From Chrysomallon squamiferum (taxonomy: Eukaryota; Animalia; Mollusca), in contig CM022672.1 of the NCBI GenBank assembly GCA_012295275.1, forward strand, positions 33,542,001-33,606,000: 64,000 nt of DNA, read 5' to 3'. Within the stretch, counting starts at the first letter, position 1, and each line of letters opens with the position of its first letter. The translations under genes were made by a program, and so were the position numbers. The notes beneath the pieces are model-generated. The model was not told the origin of the DNA, searched no databases, and saw only the letters and a list, made by a program, of their open reading frames with translations. Positions 1-11,763 of this stretch are shown piece after piece.

Positions 1-297
1 TCCATCCATCTATCTATCTATCTATCTATATATATATCAAAATATAAAATGAAATAAATGAAAAAAAAAATGAAATGAAGGAAAATAGTACAAACACACA
101 CAAGCACAAAACAAATATCACCTCTCTTCGTAATCTATCTTTATATTCTGTTAGTTATCTGTGTCATTGTTCTTTCTCTTGTCTGTATTTCATACATTAT
201 CCTTATATTCCTTATTGACATCCAGACACAATAAAATGATTAGATACATGAAAAGTCTCCCGAGCATAGATAATAATAATAATAATAATAATAATAA

Positions 298-356
<59 letters not shown>

Positions 357-429
357 TCATTATTATTATTATAATAATAATAACAACAATAACAATCATA
401 ATAATAACAACTGTGATAATGATCATGAT

Positions 430-935
430 GATGATGATGATGATAACAATAAATTAAACAATATGACTATTATGTTATGCTAGCGGGCGAATATGTTAAA
501 AGAATAGAATAAATGTTTATACTGCTACTGCTGAGCCAACTTCCTTTCTTGTCGGTCTGTATTGGCTTCCATTAATGTTTCATCAAACCATTTGTGATAG
601 ACAATATTAAGCTTTTCTTGTTGTTGTCGTTGTTGCTGCTGCATATGATGATGATGATAATGATGACGATGATGATTACAGTTTCAAAATTAACATAAAA
701 GAAACAAATAATGAACGAAACAGGAGACAATTTTATTTTTTTAAATTTTTTTTTGAACAGACTATTCGGATTCATCTACGCTAATTAAAGTTGCATTTTT
801 GAGTGATGTTGTTCTTATTCATTAACATCGGTTTGCAGTCGTCTCCTTATTTCACGATACATCCTTCAGGAACGAAAATTGCAACACCGGCAACACCATA
901 CCTGTACATTTATAATATTTTAATGATTTCAAAAA
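430..935. repeat. Inverted duplicate of ~9693-10150 (beta-MSP last exon plus 3' flank)
   Basis: The reverse complement matches over ~450 bp, e.g. aaaattgcaacaccggcaacaccatacctgtaca here versus tgtacaggtatggtgttgccggtgttgcaatttt near 9720. Confidence 0.9.
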
Positions 936-1079
936 ATACATAAAATAATTACACACAGTAAGACCTACTATTATAATCAACTATATTAAACCCATAAGAA
1001 ACAAATTCATATATATATGTACGATTGTATTTTTGTACATAAATGTACATATGTGTATGAATTTATGTGCGTTTCTGTT

Positions 1080-1114
<35 letters not shown>

Positions 1115-1617
1115 GTATGTATATATTATATGTATGTATGTATTTATGTATGTATGCATCAATATATGTATGTGTATATATATATTGATACACACACAAA
1201 ACACAAACACACATAAATTCATACACATATGTACATTTAGATACATAAATACATACGTACATACAAAAATATGTATGTGTGTGTGAATATATACACATAC
1301 ATCTACACATACATATACATGCATGCACTCGTTCTACGTGGATAATGATAATAATAACAGAGCACATGGTATTAAAAGAAGTAGAAAAAGAAGAAGAAGA
1401 AGCAATGGAAGAAGCATAAGAAGAAAACGAATAAGAAAAAAAGAGTCAGAACAAAAAACAAACAAACAAAACAGAAGAGCAAGAAATAGTAATAACCCGC
1501 AACATGAGAGGCCAAAACCAGTGCATGTGCACTGTGTACACTTCTCTTCTACTTTATACGTGTCGCCAACGTCTGATTGTCTACCATCTTCATCTTTACA
1601 GTGTTTACCCACAGAAC
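781..1617 (-). pseudogene. Beta-microseminoprotein (PSP94)-like pseudogene A; exons 1617-1497 and 901-781; no signal-peptide exon found
   Basis: Exon 1617-1497 (121 nt, CAG| ... |GTTATT) reads GSVGKHCKDEDGRQSDVGDTYKVEEKCTQCTCTGFGLSCCG. Exon 901-781 (TACAG|) reads YGVAGVAIFVPEGCIVK*GDDCKPMLMNKNNITQKCNFN*. The Cys spacing (C..CxxCxC..CC..C..C..C) matches beta-MSP. There is a premature TAA at 849-847, where the 9727 copy has AAG. Confidence 0.8.
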
Positions 1618-1896
1618 CTGTGTATAAAATAATATAAATATGCACTGTTTATTCCGCCATTATTAAAATGAACATGATCATACTGACGAAAATTATGTTG
1701 TTGATGATGACGTTTTATAGAGGTAGTAGGAGTGGTAGTAGTAATAATGATAATGATCATGATAATTATGATGTTGGTGATGAAGATAGCAGTAGTAGTA
1801 CTAATAGTAAGTAGATGAACATTGCAGTAGCTGTAGTAGTAGCAGTCATATAAAAAAGGAGACATAGTAGTACCAGCAGTAGTAGTAACTTGGGTG

Positions 1897-1933
<37 letters not shown>

Positions 1934-2102
1934 CATCGGCAGCAACAACAATAACAATTATTATTATAACATTAATCTATGTTTAGAAGTATTGGAAGTA
2001 GCAAATTACTAGTAGTGGATAATAGTAGCCGTAGTGGTAGTAGTAGTAGTTATCGATGCAGTGGTGATAGTTGCAGTGGTATAAGTAGTAGTAGTCGTAG
2101 TA

Positions 2103-3139
2103 ATACAGTTGGATGGTGCGATCGAGTACAGGGGTATCGTAAAATAATTTTTCATTTTTCTAATCATCTCGTATTTACTTTTTTTTATCGTCTGCTTCGT
2201 TCACCTACTTTATAAACTAGAGTTACCTCCCTTCCTTTACTAACGAAGACCTTATTCTAACAGTATGTTTTATTTTTACTTGAGTTCGATATACCTAACT
2301 TTTTATATAATTTTTTGTTTTTTATTTTTTAAACGTTATGATTCTTTGTTTATATAAATCATTGACTTATTTACTTATTGTAGTCGTCTGCTTCTTTGAA
2401 CTGCTTATTATCTAGAGTTACTTCCCTTCTGTTTTATTTTTTCAGCGATGTTCGATATCTAATAAAAATAAATATTTTATTGCAAATTGAATAACGATGA
2501 TTATGAGTAACCAACGTAGCTAATCGATTAGAAAACATTTAAGCTAATTTAAATTTTTACTTTTATTGTCACTGTCGTTAAAATATTTAATTTAGAAAAA
2601 ATATATTATGCTTACTTTTATTTTTCTTTGTATTCTTCGTTTTAATACTTTAATTATTTATCTTCAGTGTAAATTATATCGATAATAATGTGTGCTAAGT
2701 AATAAATAAATATAGACAAAAAGAAAATGTTTGTTTATTTTATTAAAATGTATTTTGATTCTTAACATCGTCTATTTTCAATCGTTCTTTTTTGACTGAC
2801 ACTATTTTGGAAAAATTAATGATAGGACAGAAAGCAAGGACAAAACAAAGGAAATTATGTTGGTGTGTAACAGTTCTCTGATATGGTTGAACATGGCGTT
2901 TTGATCCAGATAATAAAAGCTCTAGTCTCAATAATTCAGACTAAACTGGTTTCGATCCTATTTACGTCAGTAACATGATGTGGAAGAAATCGGTGTCATT
3001 ACTTCTATCATGGGTCGCATATTTTTTTTTTCATCTAATGTGAACGATATCCCATTAGATGTCTAGGGTAAATTATTATTCTATACCGACGACTGCACTT
3101 CTGTTGCTAGACAGAAACACAACAGAATTTCAGCAATAA
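2103..3139 (+). repeat. Third, partial copy of the start of the large duplicated block (matches ~45621-46609 and 10583-11210)
   Basis: Direct high-identity match running from atacagtt..ggatggtgcga to cagcaataact. Confidence 0.9.
2743..3139 (-). pseudogene. Degenerate signal-peptide-bearing ORF (family X), 5'-truncated copy
   Basis: Reads VIAEILLCFCLATEVQSSV* then a stop-interrupted frame ending ...LSGSKRHVQPYQ...KNQNTF*. Homologous to 10814-11302 and 46213-46704. Confidence 0.3.
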
Positions 3140-3256
3140 CTGCTTTGATCAGCGTTTTGCCGCGGGATATGGAAAGATAGGAGAAACTGGGATCGATTGA
3201 GGTGATAACACATATTTCGTAGATGCTGTAAAGGGTTGGGTTTTTGTTCGAAATTT

Positions 3257-3318
3257 CTTTTCACTTCTTAGTGCAGTTTTCTTCGATCTTTTCACTTCTT
3301 AGTGCAGTTTTCTTCGAT
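3257..3318 (+). repeat. Perfect 31-bp tandem duplication
   Basis: cttttcacttcttagtgcagttttcttcgat occurs at 3257-3287 and again at 3288-3318. Confidence 0.95.
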
Positions 3319-3949
3319 CGGCCATATGGTTCTCTGGTACACTGGGCGAACATAATGAATGAGGAGTTGGGGAACAATCAGCCATTGTATGTAGGAGACT
3401 AGTATAGTGTCCCATGGTCAGGTGGCTGATTGGATGCCACTGCATTTCAAACGAACAGATGACTGATAGGTACTTAATTACTGGTATTACTTTACTTGAT
3501 GATAGACTAGAGTGGTGTATCTGCTATAAAAAGAATGCCTAGAAAGAAAAAATACGGAAGAAAGTGAGAGGTCTCTTCTGATACAATTTAGTGGCAAGTT
3601 TGATGTGTGTTGTTTCTAGGTAGTTTTACTGTTTGATATCATGACCCACAGGATCCCTTACCCTGGGGCCTGGTGGGTTATCACGACCCATGTTAATAAA
3701 GTGTTTACCATAACGATGTTGTTGAAGAAAACCTATCAAACTCTATATTTTAATCAAAAGAAATAATGCCTCTATAAACATCAGCAGTTTTTCTGACAGC
3801 AGATACGAACGTTTTCATGAAATGGCCGATTATCTTAGAAATGGCAGATCGCCCCTTGCAACTGACACTTGAACTCTTTCCTTAGCAGAATGAAATCTGT
3901 GAGAGGAGTAGCAATACACTGCTACAGCAGCTGGCTTCCTTGCATCACA

Positions 3950-4029
3950 ATGGCGACTGTAGCGTCACGATTTGTCAGTCTCTCACGAAGTCATGCAGGC
4001 ATTAAGAGATTAAAGACATTTTTAAAAAG
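3950..4029 (+). CDS. Putative orphan first coding exon encoding a mitochondrial-presequence-like peptide
   Basis: Start context cacaATGG in a CpG-richer patch. Reads MATVASRFVSLSRSHAGIKRLKTFLK, which is R/K/S-rich with no acidic residues, and ends at an AG|GTACGT donor (phase 2). No downstream exon was identified. Confidence 0.4.
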
Positions 4030-5710
4030 GTACGTGTGGTATTGAGACATTTTGTTGAGAAATCATGCAGATGTCTGTTTATGATTTGTCACCTGAACGA
4101 GAAATGGTGCACGCATTGTTGATATAATATTTGTCAGCCGTGTGACACATCGCGACACGACAGTTTTATTTTGATAAGTCAGCTGTTATTGCTACCGGTG
4201 TTAAAAATGATTCATATTAGCTGTCGAGTTATCCAGGTACTAACGTACAACTGAATTTAAATATACTGTGTTTATTTATTTGTTTCTTTGTTAGATCATT
4301 ATTTGTTATTTATTTATTTATTTATTTATTTATTCGTTTACTTTTTTTTTGTAAGTTTATATTTTATTTTTTGTGAAATTTAGTTAATACTAATAATTTA
4401 TTAACTATGTAACTGAATGAATACATAAATAAATAAACAGTGGTAAAAACGACGCTTATTTTTCTTCTCTTTATTTTTCTGTTTAATTTTTATTTCTGTG
4501 TTTGTGTTCATTTATTTATTTATTTTTTATTTATTTAGATGTATTTAGTCATAAAATGACATCTGTTACTGAATGTCTATTTTTAAATAGTATTTCGTTT
4601 CTTTACGTAGTATTTATATTATTATTTTTATTTACCGAACTTTGAGTCATAAACAAATACAGTACATACATGTACACTGTATGCAGACTGAAATATCGAT
4701 TTATATACACTTACTCGAGACAGAAAGAAAGAAAAGAGAACGAAAAAGTTAAAAGAACGAACGAAAGAAAGAACAATAAAAAAGATTGATACTCAGACAC
4801 ACATACAGAAAGATATAGATTACAGACAGTAGTTAGTTATGCAGGCAGCTAGATAGACAGAAAGGAAAAAGAAAGGCAGATAGAGAAACAGACAGAAATC
4901 GGACAGATGGAAATGTGTATATATAACACATATAGATTGCTATAGAGACACATCACTCGTGCAGGAACTCGTGATGGGATGATAAATCGTTATACAACAA
5001 ACCATTCAACAAAAGCCGATGGGTGATAGAATAAGCAAAGTATATATACTTGATATGACTGTGTGTGTGTGTATGTCTATGTGTTTGTCTGTCGGTGTGT
5101 GTATGGATTGTGCATAAAAATACACGTCAAACAAGCACATATACGGAAAGATGCACATATAATCATTGAAACACAGACACAAACTCATACGTTATACACA
5201 TTCTAAATGTCCAAACTGAGAAGAACGAACAGAAACATTCTTCTATACCTATGTGACATTTCTAACTTAGTCAACTCCGAAAAAGATACCGTAAGTTACC
5301 ATAAACTGTATCAGAAAGATGTTTGCTAAGGTAGCGAACCGGAGAGATTCACACACCTATAATTTAAATTACAGTAAACAAAAATATATTAATTTAAAAA
5401 AAAAAAAAAAAAAATCTCTACATCTCTGTATGCAGAAGGGTGAGGAGATGTCACCTGCAGTTTCTCAGTATATGTATGTGTGTCTTAAACTTCATTTATC
5501 AGCACTAAATAAGGAACATCAAACCTTTAGACACCAACAGCAGATTCCAGATACAGGAACAGTATAACTGTAAACTAGCAAATCATTTCGGCTTGACATA
5601 ATAAAAGAAAATAAAAAAATGTCTATGATCAAACATACGCCCCGACTGAATATTAATAAGCGTGAACAAAATGACTACATGAGTTAGAAAAATTCAGACA
5701 GCAAAATATT

Positions 5711-5891
5711 TTATTTCATTTTTACTTTCGTTTTACAGTTACGCAAAAGTTCTTTCACTTTCATAGTAACTCTCCCGTCAAGCAAGCAGTCACGTGACGT
5801 ATCGTCAGCCTTCACCAGCAGAGGATTGCAACCGTCTGCTTTGACGATGCATCCGTCTGGAGGTTGAATTGATCCCGCATTGATACCATAT
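5711..5891 (-). CDS. Beta-microseminoprotein-like gene C, coding exon 3 (spliced protein 130 aa, intact)
   Basis: CACAG| acceptor, phase 2; reads YGINAGSIQPPDGCIVKADGCNPLLVKADDTSRDCLLDGRVTMKVKELLRNCKTKVKMK*. Completes the 10-Cys beta-MSP pattern and adds one extra Cys. Confidence 0.85.
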
Positions 5892-5908
5892 CTGTGTACA
5901 ACGACAAT

Positions 5909-6018
<110 letters not shown>

Positions 6019-6381
6019 TAATGATGATGATGGTGATAATAGTAGTAGTAGTAGTAGTTTTAGGGGTCTCGTTTCATATGAAGACCATAACGAATGGAGG
6101 CTGGTTTTTTTGTGTGTTTTTTTCAAGAACGTGTTGCCATCTGATAGAGGGAGTGTCATTATGATGGGACTGGTCCTGTTTATCTTCGAGGTCATAGTAA
6201 ATACATAATATTATAATAATAATAAAACTGAATAATAATAATAATAATAATAACAATGATAAGAATCATCATCATGACCATCATCATCATCATCATCATA
6301 ATCTTCGTTATCTTGACCATCATTTGTTTTTAGAAATTTAAAATGATTTTATTTGTTTGACCAATACAGGACATTACATAC

Positions 6382-6502
6382 CCGCAACATGAAAGTCCAT
6401 CTGAACAGTGACACTCTATACATTTATTCTCGAATTTAACAGAATCTCCCGGTGAGATCACAACACCGTCAAACTGGCAGTACGCTTTAATATGTCCGTC
6501 AC
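6382..6502 (-). CDS. Beta-microseminoprotein-like gene C, coding exon 2
   Basis: TGTAG| acceptor, 121 nt, |GTATGT donor; reads GDGHIKAYCQFDGVVISPGDSVKFENKCIECHCSDGLSCCG. Same length and phases as exon 1617-1497. Confidence 0.88.
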
Positions 6503-7279
6503 CTACAACAACAGCAATAATTTAGTAAATGTCCAGTTTAACTACACTCTCATATTATGATAATATGACTGAAACTATGTTAATCTTTGCTCCCTAAGAA
6601 CATATTTAATCTTTTTTCTTTCTTATCGCGTCCTAGATACAAGTGACAGCATGTGTGTGTGTGTGTGTTTGACTGTCTCTGTGTTGTACGTGTTTGTTGC
6701 TGAGGGATATATATATATATATACACACACATACATATAGATATATATCTTTTACTACCCACACACACATACATTTATATAAATTGCCTAAATTGTTAAT
6801 AAAACGAGCCGATAACCTTTACGAATAATAAACAAATAAAAACATTACTTTTTAACAATAAACAAATACAATCAACATTGGTTTCTCGTTTTTTTTTTAA
6901 CAATAATAAACAAATGTAGATTCACTTTCTTTTAACATCAGTAAACATATACAAACAGCACCTTTTAGTAAACGTTCAACCTTATCGTTTCTGCCCTTTT
7001 GAAAACAGGTAATATGAAATATATGTTACAGTCATCATTCTTCTCTGTGTCCTCTTTCCACCTGTCAGCCAGGTTTTTAATGTCACATTCATAAAATTCC
7101 TTTGTTTTAACTAGATATTTACTTAAAAAATAAAAATACAGACTTAAATTTCCTTTCAAGCTGACATATATATAAATATTAATTAATTTACGAAGACAAA
7201 GAAGATAACCTATACTACTAATAACATACGTTTGTTTTGAACACACCTTGGTTTCGGACTACAGAAATGATTAACGTAC

Positions 7280-7370
7280 CTGTAATGTTGACTTTTAACT
7301 CGTCCATCAGACAGAAAGAATCTGAAGTGTAAAGAAACGCAGAAAACGTTAGGACAGCGAAAACCAACAT
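7280..7370 (-). CDS. Beta-microseminoprotein-like gene C, coding exon 1 (signal peptide)
   Basis: ATG at 7370; reads MLVFAVLTFSAFLYTSDSFCLMDELKVNIT plus G|GTACGT (phase 1). Hydrophobic signal peptide, first conserved Cys and an NIT sequon. Confidence 0.85.
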
Positions 7371-7437
7371 GTTTGCTTCTCTCACTCGATGAATTTATGA
7401 CCGTCGAACTTACTTAACTTCGCAACGACAACAAAAA

Positions 7438-9163
7438 CAACCAAGCGTCTTGAAAACCACGAAGTAAGTAGTTAGGCTGGTGGAAAGAAAACGAAAAAGA
7501 ATTCATTTGACTGATTTGAAATAAACACCAAATAACAGCCAGCTTCAAATTATCATAATTCTTATTGATCAAAGTATATCTGGTAAGGACGTAAATACAG
7601 ATTGACATAAAATCCTGTCATTTACTTTTCACATTACGTATAGCAGCTCATGCACGGAACTGAGTTTATTGTTTTGTTACAAAAGAAACCTGCCTGCTGT
7701 GACGAAACTTTACAATGCTGACTCGTACGAGTGTATTATACGTGTGCGGCGGCTTTGTACGTTCACTGGTAACACATCGCTCTTTACAAAATTAATGTCT
7801 TAGTTAAAGTCTAAATGTTTCGCTACACACGTGTGTCAGCTTAAACCTTTAAAAGGCGGAGAGAAGCAAAAACATAAATATCACCGTTTTTTTTTTTTAA
7901 ACATTATGAAACGAGTACTTGTTTTAATCAGTTAAATCAGGCAAAACGAAATTGAAAACATAAAAAGATATATCAAATAAAAAATAATAATAATAATTAA
8001 ACAATTTAAAGAAGTCTATAAATAACGAACGGAAAATACGAAAAATAAAGACGGACCTCGAAGATGAAATATATAATAATATTCAATGTAAAAAAAAAGG
8101 TAAAAGAATAAAGCAGAAAAAAGTATGAAAAAAGAAAAAAGTAATAAAAGAAAGAAAATAACAATTGTTATAGTAGTATTTGTAGTCGTATTAGTATACT
8201 ATTTCTACTGCAACAACTAGTAGGTAGTAATACGAAACAATAACAATTTAAAAATAAAATAAAACTAGCTTACATGTAAAGTTCTTTTAAAGTTTCTCAT
8301 CGGGTGACCTGCTTTCTATATTTTGATTTATCTGTGTCACCACACTTACTTCTAATTGTAACATCTGGCAAACCGGGACATACTTGAGAGGCCAGACGAA
8401 GTTTAGGAAGACTCATTAAGGTTAGCTCGCTCTCAGATACTCTTGTCAAAAAATTAACTGTGCATCATATAATGTTCCACAGTCACACGTTTTCTGAAGT
8501 TAATGAAAGAAAAACAACAGAAAAAAACCAGTACATATTATGAAAGCACTGATTTCAATATTTTGATCATGGTTCACTCCTCGCACATTCGTTTCATGCA
8601 GAGTTCACAATTCTCTTCATGATGCAAAATTACTTTTTTTTCGTTAGTATAGTTATAAATACGCTGACACAATTTTGTTTTTTTAATTATTGTTATGGTA
8701 GTGGGTTTTTTTCATTATTTAAGGACTCGTTTGTGCATAGGGCGTATACTACCAATGAATAACACAGAGTCTGCCATCAATTGTGCAACCAGACAAAGAC
8801 AGTCTACTTTCTTTTGCCAAGAAAAATACGTGACAAAGAACTTTCTCTTTTCTAAGAAACCAAGGAAGCTCATGGATCCATAAAAGGCAGTAAACTGCTT
8901 GAGATAAAATTAAATCTAAAGCAGAAACCTTTAACATCATCTACAGTGAGCGAAACAAAATTACGAGAGTGAGTAAATATGTGGAAAGTTAAATCTACTG
9001 GATGTTGATTAACAGTAAGGTAAGTTTTTAAAAATGTATACGGACTGGGAAACGTATTTTATTTGTAGTTAAGAAAAAACTAAATAAATCAATCAATAAA
9101 TAAATAATAAAAAAAGCCCAACAAACAAGTAAATAAATAAATACAATGAAATTATTCTGAAAA

Positions 9164-9194
<31 letters not shown>

Positions 9195-9447
9195 GCTACT
9201 ACTACAACTACTACTACTGCTACTACTACTATTACTACTACTACTACTACTACTATTAATAATAATAATAAGAAGAAGAAGAAGAAGAAGAAGAAGAAAT
9301 ATTTGTTTATATGTAGTATATATTTGGTTTTATGACAATAATTTAAAATATAATACATTTAAAAGTTATCGCAGCATTCAGATCTTGAACACTTTTTAGA
9401 TATTGGAATAGGCACACGAAAACATACTTGAACTCTTTTATGATATT

Positions 9448-9530
<83 letters not shown>
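7438..9530 (+). repeat. Low-copy module M, copy 1 (upstream of beta-MSP gene C)
   Basis: Blockwise homologous to 18015-19400, 21258-22568, 53440-54820 and 56652-57990. Shared motifs include gtcttgaaaac..aagtaagtag, atatctggtaag, ttgagaggccag and ttgattaacagtaaggtaag. Confidence 0.85.
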
Positions 9531-9537
<7 letters not shown>

Positions 9538-9606
9538 GACGGAGATTTGTATCTCTCTCTATCACAGTCTGTCTGTCTGTATATATATATATACATATAT
9601 ACATAC

Positions 9607-9692
<86 letters not shown>
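9452..9692. repeat. Two (AG)n microsatellites
   Basis: Direct inspection; these produce the RERERE and LSLSLS ORFs in the track. Confidence 0.95.
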
Positions 9693-9696
<4 letters not shown>

Positions 9697-9726
9697 CGAA
9701 ATCATTAAAATATAATTACTGTACAG

Positions 9727-9847
9727 GTATGGTGTTGCCGGTGTTGCAATTTTCGTTCCTGAAGGATGTATCGTGAAAAAGGGAGACAACTGCAAACCGA
9801 TGTTAATGGATAAGAACAACACCACTCGAAAATGCAACTTTAATTAG
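9727..9847 (+). pseudogene. Orphan beta-MSP-like terminal exon (open frame, inverted relative to the cluster)
   Basis: TACAG| then YGVAGVAIFVPEGCIVKKGDNCKPMLMDKNNTTRKCNFN*, 121 nt. The upstream intron is replaced by (AG)n, and no + strand exon 1 or 2 is seen. Confidence 0.75.
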
Positions 9848-10302
9848 CATAGATGAATCTGAACAGTTGGTTGAAAACAAAAAAAAAATTATCTCCTGTT
9901 TCCTTCTTTATCTGTTTGTTTTGTGTTATTTTTGAAACTGCAACCATCATCGTCATCATTGTCATCATCATCGTATGCAGCAGCAACAACAAGAAAAATA
10001 GCTTTATATTGTGTATCAGAAATGATTTCATGAAACATCAATGAAAGGCAACCAACAGCAAGAAAGGAAGTTGGCTCTGCAGTAGCAGTATAAATATTTA
10101 TTATCTAGTTTTAACATATTCGCCGGCCAGCATAACCTAACAGTCCTATTCTACAATGAAAAACATATTTTAATTTATTATTGTTATTAGTATTACTGTT
10201 ATTGTTATTGCTATTACTATATTATTATCATTGTAATAATCATTGCATTATTATAATTAATTGTGATACACTACTGTATCTACTATTATTATTATTATTA
10301 AC

Positions 10303-10502
10303 NNNNNNNNNNNNNNNNNNNNNNNNNNNNNNNNNNNNNNNNNNNNNNNNNNNNNNNNNNNNNNNNNNNNNNNNNNNNNNNNNNNNNNNNNNNNNNNNNN
10401 NNNNNNNNNNNNNNNNNNNNNNNNNNNNNNNNNNNNNNNNNNNNNNNNNNNNNNNNNNNNNNNNNNNNNNNNNNNNNNNNNNNNNNNNNNNNNNNNNNNN
10501 NN
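10303..10502. other. Assembly gap (200 N)
   Basis: Run of exactly 200 N. Confidence 1.
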
Positions 10503-10813
10503 GCAGGCGAGTTGCATTTTTCGCTCCATGTTCGATGCTCTAATAGAAAAATTATAGTTGCAGCATTCACTTTGGCTGTTGCAACTAACGTAGCTAATCG
10601 ATTAGAAACATTTAGGTAATTAAAATTTTTGCTTTTATTGTCACTGTCGTTAAAATATTTTATTTAGAAAAATATATTATGCTTACTTTTCTTTTTCTTT
10701 GTATTCTTCAATTTAATACTTTAATTATTTATCTTCAGTGTAAATTATATCGATAATAATGTGTGCTAAGTAATAAATAAATATAGACAAAAAGAAGATG
10801 TTTGTTTATTTTA

Positions 10814-11302
10814 TTAAAATGTATTTTGATTCTTAACATCGTCTATTTTCAATCGTTCTTTTTGACTGACACTATTTTCGAAAAATTAATGATAGAACAG
10901 AAAAGCAAGGACAAAACAAAGGAAATTATGTAGGTATGTAACAGTTTTCTGATATGGTTGAACATGGCGTTTTGATCCAGATAATGAAAGCTCTAGACTC
11001 AATAATTCAGACTAAACTGGTTTCGATCCTATTTACGTGAGTGGCATGATGTGGAAGAAATCGGTGACGTTACTTCCACCATGGGTCGCATATTCTTTTT
11101 CATCTAATGTGAACGATATCCCATTAGGTGTCAGGGTAAATTATAATTCTATACCGACGACTGTACTGCTATTGCTAGACAGAAACACAACAGAAATTCA
11201 GCAATAACTTTGAAATGAACTAGAATGAATAAGGCGTTGCTCATTGATAACAAACTCTTTCTTACCTGGAAAGACTGAGTCAATTCTCTTTGCTTGAAAC
11301 AT
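10814..11302 (-). pseudogene. Degenerate signal-peptide-bearing ORF (family X)
   Basis: Possible exons MFQAKRIDSVFP(G|GTAAGA) and VIAEFLLCFCLAIAVQSS, followed by stops and indels. Confidence 0.3.
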
Positions 11303-11728
11303 GGAAACAGCGTAGAGTGGTGAGGAAGATCGACAATCTTGTCTTTGTTTAACAATAAAACTCGGTTATCTATGAAACTTATTTTTGTTAGAGAGGTTCT
11401 TTTTAAAAAAAATAAGTAAGTCAGTAAGAAAATAACTAAATATATATATTAAAGTACTACTTTTTTATGTGTATATTCTTGAGATAATCTAGCCTCTATA
11501 TATGAAATAAAGAAGAGATGAAGTAACGACAAATATTAAATATGTATTAACACTTGTAATAAGTAAATAATCAGTATTTAACTGCCAATATATGTTAATA
11601 ATTAGAGTTCTTTTACAGGAATATACGCCATCGTGAATTTTTTAATTTTGAAGTTACATTAATTAAGCGTCCAATTTTGTATAAGGCGAACTGAAACAGG
11701 TTTTGAAATTTGTAGTAATAATAATAAC

Positions 11729-11763
<35 letters not shown>

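Noticed and set aside
161-1367. ORFs with poly-N/S/I/L and VCVC/YIYI tracts (similar ORFs occur throughout the window)
   Set aside because: They are translations of (AAT)n, (AGT)n, (TG)n, (TA)n and (AG)n microsatellites with no coding features.
3140-3640. GC-richer stretch that looks like a retroelement or coding fragment
   Set aside because: No recognisable motif in the frames I translated; left unassigned.
8330-8900. Recurring TGA in module M (ACT TGA GAG; ACG TGA CAA) as possible selenocysteine codons
   Set aside because: The same frames contain TAA/TAG or indels in other copies, one copy has TGT, the frame is not established, and no SECIS was recognised.
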